Of a stretch of DNA of 64,000 nucleotides, positions 47,901-59,039 are shown one piece after another (within the stretch, counting starts at the first letter, position 1; each line of letters begins with the position of its first letter). The notes beneath the pieces are model-generated. The model saw only the letters and a list, made by a program, of their open reading frames with translations. It did no database searches and was not told the origin of the DNA. The stretch covers positions 19,660 through 83,659 of the forward strand of contig JBHGNT010000109.1 in NCBI GenBank assembly GCA_043228905.1. Direction: 5' to 3'. Position numbers and translations under genes: made by a program. The stretch comes from Azolla caroliniana (taxonomy: Eukaryota > Plantae > Polypodiophyta).

Positions 47901-48488
47901 GAGAGGTTACGCAAGATACAAGCGGATGTATCTACTCACCTCCAACAAGCTCAACAAACACACAAGGTTTATGCGGATCGTCATCGACTCCCATCTAGTT
48001 TTAACATTGGAGATCGGGTATGGCTACTCCGACGACACATCAAGACTACTCGCCCATGTGAGAAGTTGGATTATCGGCGATTAGGTCCTTTCCGTATTAT
48101 AGGAAAGATTAATGATGTCGCTTTTCGTCTTGATCTACCTCCACAACTTCGGATACATCCAGTGTTTCATAGTTCTCTCCTCGAACCCTATCAAGAGAGC
48201 ACCATCCCAAGACGTATTACACAGCCTCCACCCCTGATCGAGCTTGAAGATGGACCTGAGTACGAGGTTGCCGCCATCCTTGATTCCAAGCTTGTTCGCA
48301 ACAAGCTCTACTATCTAGTCGATTGGCTAGGATATAGTCCCAGCGAGCGTACTTGGGAACCGATAGAGAATGTCACCAATGCTCGTGCTCTTCTTGAAGA
48401 CTTCCATCGTCAATATCTAGACAAACCGGGTCCTCAGTCCAAAACGACTCGTTACACTCGTCGTTTTAAAGGGGGGATAGTGTCATGA
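44899..48488 (+). pseudogene. pol: pol (PR, RT, RH, IN, type I chromodomain) with a few stops and a frameshift
   Basis: LLDSGANSCF; IYLDDVLVYS; IEADASDFA; IISDRGPQF; LGPF; EYEVAAILDS…YLVDWLGY…TWEP. Confidence 0.92.
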
Positions 48489-51400
48489 TATGGCAAGACT
48501 CGAACCCATGACCTTATGCTACATGGGTCGAGCTCTTGACCATTAGACTATACATTGTAATATGTAGAATATTATTTTCATTTATGTTTTATTATAGAAA
48601 ATTGATGTATATTCCAGATTTCTCTGGAACATTCTAGAAACTTCAGGAGTATTCCTTAGAACACTATAAAAGGAGGCACAAGGCATTATTTCGAACCAAA
48701 TCGATTCAACGCCAGTCTTAAGCCTCCTAGCTACTGTACATTTTCTTCACATAATATATATCTTTTCTTATCATCACTCTCTCGATCTCGATCTCGATCT
48801 CTCCCTCCCTCCCTCTTACTCACTCTTTCCTTCTCTCGAGAGTTCTTCACCTCTCTTAGTACTAATACTTCTTTTAGTACTAATTCCTTCTCTGTCTTAG
48901 TATTGTTCCTGACAATAAGGGCATGAGTTGGGTCGGCGTGGTGTGTGTGTGTGTGTGTGTGAGTCGGTGTCAAACGCGCGCGCTCTCTCTTCCTCTCTCT
49001 CTCTCTCTCTCTCTCTCCCTCGTTCGGTTGCTTCCGGAACGCATCCGGAATCGTCTTCTCAGCTTCCCTTCTTCCCTCATCCAAGACCCCCGTGGTCCCG
49101 CCCTTCTACATGCACGCGCGTAATAACGTGACACTGGTCCACCCGCCAGAAGGATCCTGTCAAGCGGTACGAGTACAATGAGTACATGGCGCATCACTAT
49201 GTGTACATGACTAAGGTGGCGGAAGTGCGTGAGCCGGAGAGCTACGCAGAAGCGGCCAAGGACGCAAATTGGCGTGCCGCTATGGAGGAAGAAATGTGGG
49301 CACTTGATGTCAACAAGACATGGGACCTGGTTGACCCTCCTCGTCACTGTAAACCGATCGGATGCAAGTGGATATACAAGGTAAAGTACAATGTCGACGG
49401 TTCTGTTAACCGGTATAAAGCCCGATTAGTGGCAAAGGGATACGCGTAGACCCACAGAATCGACTACAACGAGACCTTCGCTCCTGTAGCGAAGATGACG
49501 ACGGTTCAAGTGGTGCTGGCGGTTGCTGCGGCAAGGGGGTAGCATCTTCATCAGATGGATGTGAAGAATGCATTTCTTCAAGGTGATCTTGAAGAAGAAT
49601 TCTTTATGACTCAGCCTCCTGGTTTTCAATCAGAGATGAACAAGTCGGCGGTATGCCGGCTGAAGAAGTCGTTTTACGGCCTGAAGCAAGCCCCTCGAGC
49701 TTGGAATGCGAAGATCACGCACCGGTTGCATAAGATGGGGTTTGTGGCCTCCAAATCGGACTCTTCATTGTTCATCCAGCAAGGCTCAGACGGTCCGGTA
49801 TGTATACTGCTGTATGTTGATGATCTAGTCATCACCGGACCGGGTCTTCCAGAAATCAACCGCGTCAAGTCCCAGTTGTCAGACGCATTTGAGATGAAGG
49901 ATCTGGGGGACCTTCATTATTTTCTTGGGATTGAGGTGATTCGAACCCCCGACGGCATATTTCTCTCACAACGACATTACGTCTTAAATATGTTGTACAA
50001 GTTCGGCATGACAGAATGTCGACCTGTCTCCATACCCTTGGACCAGAACCTGAATTTTCCTCCCAACTCTGGACCGGCCTGCAATGAGAAACAATTCTGA
50101 CAAATCGTTGGAAGCCTTATTTACTTGACTATCACGCGACCCGACATCAGCTATCCGGTCGGAATGATAAGTCGGTTCATGCAGAAGCCGATCGTGGAGC
50201 ACCTTCAGTGCGCGCAGCGGATACTATGATATGTAAGCGGCACGAAGGACTGGGGCCTGTTATACCGCCGCGGTATACCCGAAGAGCTGGTCGGTTACAC
50301 CGATGCCGACTGGGCCGGAGATGCATCAGATCGCCGATCAACCTCCGGTTTTATGTTTTCCCTTGGGAGCGCAGCTGTTGCGTGGAGCAACAAAAAGCAG
50401 CCAACAATGGCTCTGCCAAGCACTTAGGCTAAGTACCGGGGCGCGACCGTTGCCACCTGTGAAGCCATTTGGCTTCGGTGACTCCTACAAGACCTACGGA
50501 TCGAGGTACCGACCCCAATTCTGGTCTACTACGACAACATAAGCAGCATGCAACTCGCCAAGAACCCTGTATTCCATGCTCGCACAAAGCACATAGAAGT
50601 GCACTATCACTTCGTGCGTGAGTGTGTGTTGAGCGGTGAAGTCGAACTTCGGTATGTTCACAAGGATCGGCAAGTTGCCGACATCTTCACCAAGCCGCTC
50701 AGACCGGACAAGTTGCAGCACTTCACCGAAATGCTTGGTGTTCAGCATCTCGACGTGCCACACTTGAGGGGGAGGACGGGCAAAGACACCGGAACGGGCA
50801 AAGGCAAAGAGACTGTTGCCGACACCGGTAAGGGAAGAACCGGAAGAGGGGGAGACAAGGGGGCTGAAGAAGCCGAGGATGGAAGCAAGGCCAAAACCCG
50901 GACGTGGTCTGATGTTGTGAAGGGCCTTAAACCGAAAGACGAGTCGGAGGATATCGACTCGGACAAGAGCTGGAACAAATCAGGGACAACCGATTCAGAT
51001 CAACAGAAGGATCCGGCTGAACCGAATCAACTAGAGGCCAAGCAGACATGGATGCAACGGAAGTTGATGCCATCGCGGAGGAACCGACGGATCGGCAAGC
51101 ACCGGAGTCATAGCAGCGAAGGAGCTAAGAGGGGCCTATTGAGCAAACATGCCAACCGAGAAGGTCGAGGCGCACAGAACCAGAAGGGTCGCGGCAAACG
51201 GGACCGGACCGAACGAGGAGCACGAGCAAGGCGGAGCGACGCCAGGAGAAGTCGGTTGGAAGAACCAACTGCCATAGAGGCTAACACTAGGATCCAACCT
51301 CAAGTTGAGCTTGAGGGGGAGTGTTGAGCGGCAAGCTCAACTGGAGTCGGATCGGCTGGATAAGCCTAAGCCAGTGAGCGAGACAGATCGGTAAGCCGGT

Positions 51401-52434
51401 GAGCAACCGAGCCGGCAAGAAACAGAGCCGGTGAGCTGGGGAGCCGATTAGCCGGATCCAATCGGTAACCAGAAGCCTAGTATTAGTTTAGACTACTAGG
51501 CAGTGATAGTCTCGTAGTAAGTGTCAGATGCTCGTGTGAGCATTGAAGTATGCGGTACTTCTGTCAGTCCCACGAGGACTTGTATAAATAGTGGTACTGA
51601 GCACAGTTGTGATACAGAGTGCTTTTATCGTTTTTGAATATAGCCTTGAAGTTCTGCTCTCTCTGTCTCTCCCGTGCACTCTGTGTATTCTTTGCCTTCT
51701 CTGTTTTCTAACACTTCTGCAAGTAATCGTTTACACAAACTTTAAGTGTCTATCATATATTTGTATTGGTTGACTCGCAAAGTATGTGGTTGTTAAGTAT
51801 AACTTTTATTGAATAGATAATGATGAACTTATCGATTGTATGACAAATGTTGGTTATAATTGTTTCTTTATTAATATAATTGAATTTAGCTTTATTCTAG
51901 GATTTCCGAGCTCTTTAATCTTGGTTATTTAGTTTCGAGTGTACAAAATAATATTAAGTCAACATTGTTGCTCACTTGATCTTACATTTAGGTTGTTCAT
52001 ATATGATTGGGATATAATGTTCGTAGAAGTTTTTGGGCATGTGAGGTATATAATGTGATATTCACTTGTGAATATGTGTCTAATTATACCCAAAAATGCA
52101 ATTTGCTCATTTAATATAACAAGCTTTATAGGAGTTCGAGAGAAGTATAGCATTGAAATTGTTCAATTGGATTCAAATTCAACATTATGTAAAATGAAGC
52201 ATATTACAATGATAGTTGAAAGCATTCTCGTAATCCAAGTGAATGTTTGGCTAAATATATGTATGAATTGAGAAAATATAGGTTAAATTTGAAATCTTGA
52301 TAATATTAACTGTGTTTTTTATTGATGTTTTTAAAAGTCATGTGCGCATGCGTGATACATTCTTGAAAGTTTGTTAAAAAATTGTAATTCTTGACATCTC
52401 ATATATTTATCAATAAAGGAATGTGACATATTAC

Positions 52435-52751
52435 CTGTTCTAAATGACCCGATGTTCCTTGTCTTCTCGACACAGTGGAATCGTTAACGCAAGCCCTATT
52501 ACATTGTACACAACATGACAACACCATTTGCAATTGAAAATTAAAAACTAAGGTAAAAACGTATGCAATAAATAATGCACCCACCTAGATTTTGCGGACT
52601 AGGGATCATGGCCAAGCAAGATGTTGTATTTGAAAGTGCCAAGGTCTGACGAGGAAGTAGTGACCGTGCCTACAAGTGTTCTTGGTGATAACGATGGTTC
52701 TGGTGTTGGTGGTTGTACTTGAGTTGTTCTAGTGGGTGTTTGCAATGGCAT
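52435..52751 (-). pseudogene. Two putative exons (52585-52751, 52435-52495) of an unknown gene convergent with the methyltransferase
   Basis: GC-richer blocks with AG/GT borders, an 89-bp AT-rich intron and a compatible phase; one TAG; Pro/Thr/Ser-rich peptide. Confidence 0.35.
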
Positions 52752-52964
52752 CTAAGAAACACTTAGTTGTAATTGGTTGACACATTTATGAAGGTAATCA
52801 TAATTGAGTGTTCTCAAGAGAGCCATGTGTGATGTTATATCCCCCTTTGTATACCCTAGTACCATCATGAAATTCTATGTGGAGAATAGAAGTGTTGTGA
52901 TGGTTGATGGTAATTTCTCAAACATTGGCTCCATAATGACCTAAAACCCATATGAAAAGAGTTT

Positions 52965-53480
52965 TAGTATTTATGTGTGTGGATAAATGAATGGTTCTAT
53001 GAATGTATGTATGGATGTGTGTGAATGAATGGGTGTGTGTGTGTGCACGCGCGGGCGAGCGTAAATGTGTGTTTATGAATGAAATTTTGTGTATAAAGGT
53101 TAGTATGAATGTGTGATGCATGTGTACGAATGAATTGTTAAAGTCGAGGTATTATGTATATGAGTGTATAAATGTAAATGTATGAATGTGTGAATGAACA
53201 AATGATTGTATGAATGTATTTGGGTATATATATGATTGTGAGAATATGTATAAATATATGAAATCATCTATATATCATATATGTATGCTTTTGTGTGTGT
53301 GTGTGTGTGTGTACTTGTATAATTTTATACATGTCTATGTGTGTGAGTGTATAATGTGTGTGTACATGTATGCTTGTAGTTGTTGAAGTATGTCTATATG
53401 TCTATATTTGTATGTACCTATTTGGCAATGCATTTGAGTGTGTATGTTTATGCCAAATTATGTATGAGTGTTTATGTATA
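52965..53480. repeat. Low-complexity (TG)n/(TATG)/(TGAA) region
   Basis: Direct reading; includes a (TG)n run near 53292-53312. Confidence 0.8.
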
Positions 53481-53749
53481 TCCTTGTATATCGCAAAAAA
53501 GTGGGGAAAAGCTTTGTTCATATGCTTGCTATTTTTTGTGTATATGCAAAATCTAACCCTAACCCTAAAACTAACCATAATATCTATGTACCTATGCATA
53601 GAAATGGCCAAAATTGAGGAGGAGCACTTTGTTTCTGCATGTATCCCTCTAGGTGTTCTTAATGGCCAGGGGGAGAAGGATAATGAAAAGGGGGATCCAG
53701 AATCCCCCTTTCTTGTATTTAAAAAAAAATTAAAAACATGTCGCTAAGT

Positions 53750-54287
53750 AATGTGACCTATTGCATGTCACATTGCAACGCTTCCAATGTGTAAACATAG
53801 GACAAAATATACGATCGTCACACAACAATGAAGTTAGTGACTCCAGCTTTCTATGTCACCAAGAAGTGATGATGATGGAGATATCTACTATGATTCAAAC
53901 GCATCTAGGGAAGATATATAATGCCCAAATTTAAAAGGGTGATAATACTCATAGGACAAATTTGGCCAACTACTCTGAGACAAACCCCTACCCAATGGCT
54001 CTTAACATATCAAACAAATACAATATAAGTACATACAAACAAACAAACACACAATCCATACACATTTTAAAAAAGACTCAACACAATATATACTCATCGT
54101 TTAAAAATTTGCATCATTGCGTGATGTATAAAGACTCAACACAATATATAATCATCGTTGTGTGACATCCACATGTTGCTATGTGACTTCTATTCTACAT
54201 CATACAATGATGGTACGTAAGAGATACATACAACGACAATCATAACCATGTATTTTCGCATCAATAACACACTAGTTTTTAGTAGTG
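53750..54287 (-). mobile_element. Probable CACTA/EnSpm terminus with subterminal repeats
   Basis: Minus strand begins CACTACTAAAAA at 54287; inverted and direct subterminal motifs GTCACATTGCAACG (53767), CGTCACACAACAATG (53816), CATCATTGCGTGATG (54112), CATCGTTGTGTGAC (54153), GTTGCTATGTGAC (54175). Confidence 0.65.
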
Positions 54288-55228
54288 TCATGAGAGGACA
54301 TGTAGCTTGCATGCATTCCATGCTCGTACATGTGCATCAAGTGTCCTTAATGCACTTTCTCATCAATGTGCACCAAGTAGTGTCCTTTCATGCATTTCAA
54401 AGAGAAACCTATTTAAAGAGGTTCACGATGAAGATGAAGCATTCTCATTCAACACGAATCTTCTCTATTTTCTGTAAATAATGTCGTTCATTATGAAAGA
54501 AAAAACACCACCATGACTAACTTGCAATGAAATTTCTATATAGAACTCTAGGGATCTAAATACTAATGTTGCTACTACAAACGCAAGCTCACCCTACACA
54601 CCGATCCAAATGTCGAATACGATTGTGACCTTAGAGAGTACTTTACAATATATTTTCTCACCCAACTTGTGAATCGAAAGTGAAGGCGTTCAACATATCC
54701 CAATAGAACCATAGCCCCCAATACCTCAAGACCTCAAAAATGATTTGGAAACGAGGCATCACTCCGCCGTTCTCCATATATGGGAAAATCCAATTGAACG
54801 ACGATAGTTTTACCTAAAGTGAAAGATATCCACACTAATTTGATACACCTCAAACTCATTCTAGTCATTAATCTTTATATATATTTTATTGTAATTAGCT
54901 TACCCTAGTGGTAAGTTGTTAACGCAAGCAAAGACTCTGTCTTGGGTTTGGAACCCAATTTTCTCACCTCTCTATTATATATATATAATATATATATATA
55001 TATCTTAAATCACTAGATGCCAATGTGGAATGTAGGAGTTGAACCCATGAGCACTTGCTCTCCATTTGGGCTCGTTAGTTCCTCTCTCTCTCTCTTTTTG
55101 CAGGTGCATATGGTGAAGGGTTGGATGACTCTTTTGAAAATGTGATGTTCTATACATACATTAGTGGGTGCTTGCTTTTTTTGAAACATATATACATATA
55201 TGAGGCCTATGAACTATGCATATACATG

Positions 55229-55259
<31 letters not shown>

Positions 55260-55524
55260 TGTGAGATTTTCTAAGCAATGGATTTGAGAGGCACCAGAAT
55301 TGAAGCATTCATGATGTGCACATATGTACATGTATGTATGTACATATGTATTGGAAGCAGTAGTAGGAGGAGGAGGAACAGCAGCAGCGGCCATGGTGAC
55401 TTGCCTTTACACCAAAATGCAGAAGTAAGTTACAAGAAGAAGGCAAAACCCTTTAACTCTGCCTTTTCTGCCTTTTAAACCTCAACCAGAAAAGCTTCTG
55501 TCCAAGGAACACGATTTTCTTTTC

Positions 55525-55770
55525 CTAAAACCCTAATCAGATAAGATTGATGTTGAAAAAAGAAGAAGGAAAGAAATGAATACACTTTTGACGTTTTGCT
55601 TCTTTCTAAAACCCTAATCATATCGAAAAATAGTTTCTCCTTTTGTTTTCTAACCTAATACTTTCGTGCAAGAAACAACTGGAAAACTATTTATCAGTAT
55701 AAAGGTTTCTTGACTCTAATCAGATTGAGATTCTGTTGAGTTCTTATTTAACTCTAATCAGATTAGATTA
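55525..55770 (+). promoter_or_regulatory. Telo-box-like AAACCCTAA motifs and repeated CTAATCA(GAT) in a probable 5' intron
   Basis: AAACCCTAATCA near 55528 and 55608; CTCTAATCAGATT near 55714 and 55752; donor GTAAGT at 55424; acceptor TTGTAG near 56052. Confidence 0.35.
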
Positions 55771-56094
55771 TTTTGAAGGCCAAAGAAAGAAAAAACTTGG
55801 CATGCATTGTAATCATGAAAATATATCTCCTACCTGCATTTTTCATACCTAGTCTTGTTGCAATCATACGATGAGTTTTCATATGAATTTGGTGATGATA
55901 TAATTCAGAAAATATAGGGTTTTCTTTACTTCTCTTTCTGATGTATGAATTTTTAATATATAGGTTTATACGTATGTGTGTATGTATATGTATACACATC
56001 TAGTGTTTTATATCATTGTCTTACTTCAATATTTAAATTTACTTGGTTGTAGCAATACAAAGCGAAATCAGTAAAAAAAATCCTGTGATTTTGA

Positions 56095-56898
56095 TTGATG
56101 GAGTATCAAGAAGTTGTGAAGAGGAGATGGAGAGAGGAACAATGTTGTCCTGACAAACGGAACAGAAAAGCAAAGCAGAAGAAATTCATACATGCCTGCC
56201 ATATAGACTTTCCTCAGTACACTGTCATCATAGGATGGAAGAACTGGTGTGCTTTTGAACCCGAGGAAGATGAAAATGGGATTGAACCATTGGTGAGAAG
56301 GAGGAAAAGGCATTTAATGCTCGAGGGGAAAACAAACCATTCTGATTATCACCTTAAATCCACCTCAAAAACATTAGTGATGATTGAATCCGAGAATGTC
56401 ATTGAAGGAGGAGTGATTTATCCACATAAATCTAGATTTGATGAGGATAGTGAAGAGAAGTTTTCTCGACAGAAGTCATTTATTTTTGAGGAGATGAGAG
56501 AAGAAGAGATCTCTCAACATAAATCTATGACCCCGAATTCCTCTTTCTTGGAAGAGAAGAGAAGGTCCGATGATAACTTTGACTTGCCAATGGCTCCTGA
56601 GAGAGATGCATCTAACACTAATGAACTAAGTAATCCTTCTATAACTAACAATCCAAGCAATCAATTATTAACCAGAAGAGGAAATAAGACTTCAGACCTC
56701 AGAGTAAAGAAGTTCTTGGACCTTGAGACGATCTATTCAATGAGCTTGGCCTTGGATAGATTGACAAGAAATCTGAGTTGGGAAGAGGAACTTATTATTG
56801 ATGTTAAACGGAATGTAGCTAGGACTGATGGTGTTAAGGACGAACAGAGAGCTAAAAGAGTCAAAGCCAACAATAGTGGTTCTGATATTGAATATTAA
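56095..56898 (+). CDS. Hypothetical 267-aa charged protein, possible host gene
   Basis: Longest non-TE ORF; basic NLS-like stretch (VRRRKR); splice-like signals upstream and a GT donor just after the stop. No recognisable domain. Confidence 0.45.
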   Translation: MMEYQEVVKRRWREEQCCPDKRNRKAKQKKFIHACHIDFPQYTVIIGWKNWCAFEPEEDENGIEPLVRRRKRHLMLEGKTNHSDYHLKSTSKTLVMIESENVIEGGVIYPHKSRFDEDSEEKFSRQKSFIFEEMREEEISQHKSMTPNSSFLEEKRRSDDNFDLPMAPERDASNTNELSNPSITNNPSNQLLTRRGNKTSDLRVKKFLDLETIYSMSLALDRLTRNLSWEEELIIDVKRNVARTDGVKDEQRAKRVKANNSGSDIEY

Positions 56899-59039
56899 GG
56901 TAATTCCTTATCTGTATGTTCATGATTTTGAAACTAACTTGGGCATTTGTTTAATGTGCATTAATGGAAATACCTAAACATGACGGTTTATGGTTTAGCA
57001 TATAAAATCTTGAAACTCAAAGGTAGTAGTGTACATACATGTAGATGCTCTGTAATGTGCCCATCATTTTTTTGTGTTTGAGAGAAAGAGAGAATGGCAG
57101 TTTGATGTGCTTCATGTTTATTCGATTGTGTCACATTTTTCAGAACGTCGAGAGTGTCCAATTTCTGGTCAGCTAATTCCTGGAGATCTTCAAGATTTGG
57201 TTTTCAATTCTCAAATGAATCAGCATGTTGATTTTCATACAGCTAGGGTATACCTTTCTCTATATAATCGATTAATTATCGTTTAGGAGTTGAGCATTCC
57301 ACTCTTTGTCAGGTGCATCATGATACTTGCATTGCTTCATAATGATGTTAATCCAACTTTATGACTGCAAAATGAGGATGCAAAGGAAGTCTCTCTCTTT
57401 CTCTCATATATATGAGACACACACATACATGTGTATGTATGTTTACCCATTTTTTTGCATTTAAAAAAGTTACAAGTAAATATGCATATTACAAGCATGA
57501 CACAACTCAAATATGTGTATTCTTGTGACTCAATTTACACGAGATACAAATTTGATTGTGTGCACATGACTAGTAGATTTCAGGACGCAATATGCACATA
57601 TACAGTTTTAACATTTATCGTGTTAAGATATTGAATGCCAAGTGAAAGAAAGATATGAATCCTCACTTTGTAATTAGGTTAACATTTAAATGTTGTCTCA
57701 AGTTAGATACGGCATTCGAGGTATACCTTGACCAAATCACCAAGATAGTTGTGATACAATGCTATGCAGAATGATGCTACCATTAGCTTATTTCCTAATG
57801 TTGGAAAAGTTGGCTGATTAAATTGGTTGAGGAGGCTCTTATTGAGTTTTGTTTTTTTTACGATTTTCACCAAATTTGTTGCGAAATTTTCAACATTGGG
57901 CTCTGACGGACTGAGGTAATGTAGTGGTCATGCTGAAGAGATTTTAAACAAGGGGACAAGAATAGCCAGGTTTGCCAAATATTTGTAGAAAACAAAATTC
58001 TTTATGGGGAAACCATGATGGTTCTTTGATAAGCCACTAGCTTTGTGGAAAACGACATTTCCTTAAGGAAGTTTATTAAGTTCACCATATGTAGCGAACA
58101 TAAAGAATTTGATGTACTAAAGCAGTCATCACAAGCTATAAGAAATCATGAGATGGTATACTCTAAACACCAACCAAGTTGATATTGTATTGTTCATTCT
58201 TGAATCTACAATGTCGTTGAAGGTCATGTAGGTTTCCTAGATTTCTTGTAGCTTCTAGGTTTTAGGGAAGCATCTTACTCTCAGATTTCTTGTTTCCTAA
58301 AGCTCCAAATAATAACATGTACAACAAAACAATTGGAGTATTTGTTCCAGTATAGGATATCTTAGTGCATGCACAGATAAGAACAACAATATCACCTTAA
58401 CAAGTGCTAAGAGAGAATCATTTATTGTTATATCCTTTTTATCTCAAACTTAGCAAGAATAGAATTGATTCCTAACAAAAAAAACACATTTTCTCTCTCT
58501 TTCCTTGCTCCAAAGAATTAGCTTTTTCATGATTAATAATCGAAAAGGTGATACATTTGTGAGACAGCCTTAGAAAATGAATACATTTTATTTTAGTACC
58601 TTCAATGGTACCGAGGGTATTTATTAAAAGAATTTTTTTATTGGCATCAAAGGTAAAGATGACTTGTAATATAAAAGTGAAACATTTTCTTAATGTTCTC
58701 GACTTTGCAATTCAAAGTGCACATTTGGAGAGAGGCAATTGTATATAAGAATATGTTAGGGTTGAAAGCTTGGGGAAGCAAACTCGAAGGTGATTGATGG
58801 TAGATCATTACACAATACAGAAGCTAAGATACTCAAACTCATGCAATTAGTTTGGCAAAGCATGCATAGTTGAGTAATCTTGTTGGTGGTGTCTTAATGG
58901 CCGTTTCTCTCATTGAAGCAAATGTGAGATGGTAGTGTAGAAATGATGGTGTGGACGGCAAAGAAGGGGATGGCTCTTGCATGTATGGGTAAGTACAATT
59001 TGCCCATTTAAAGAAGAGTATGATTTGGTAGTATGAAGC

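Larger units (their letters stand above)
43252..48914 (+). mobile_element. Full-length Tcn1/sushi-like chromovirus (family D, copy 2)
   Basis: LTRs 43252-43680 and 48481-48914; TSD ATAAG; PPT AAAGGGGGGATAG 48468-48480. Confidence 0.96.
42679..49133 (+). mobile_element. Probable solo LTR (~790 bp net) of an unknown family, split by Gypsy 43252-48914
   Basis: TGTCGTG…CGTGACA termini; CTATAAAAGG near 42868; non-coding; Copia frame resumes at 49134. Confidence 0.6.
39510..51735 (+). mobile_element. Full-length degenerate Ty1/Copia (family B, copy 2) with nested insertions
   Basis: 414-bp LTRs 39510-39923 and 51322-51735 (~18 mismatches by eye); TSD CAAAC; PBS 39924-39935; PPT 51311-51321; gag-IN 40016-42670 and RT-RH 49134-51327. 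Confidence 0.95.

Noticed and set aside
53550-53580. Telomere remnant (TAACCC repeats)
   Set aside because: Only two to three imperfect units.
54895-55080. SINE/tRNA-like remnants flanking a (TA)n tract
   Set aside because: A and B boxes are too degenerate, and no TSD or second copy is visible.
57700-58400. Possible decayed coding fragment
   Set aside because: No sustained frame or recognisable motif on either strand.
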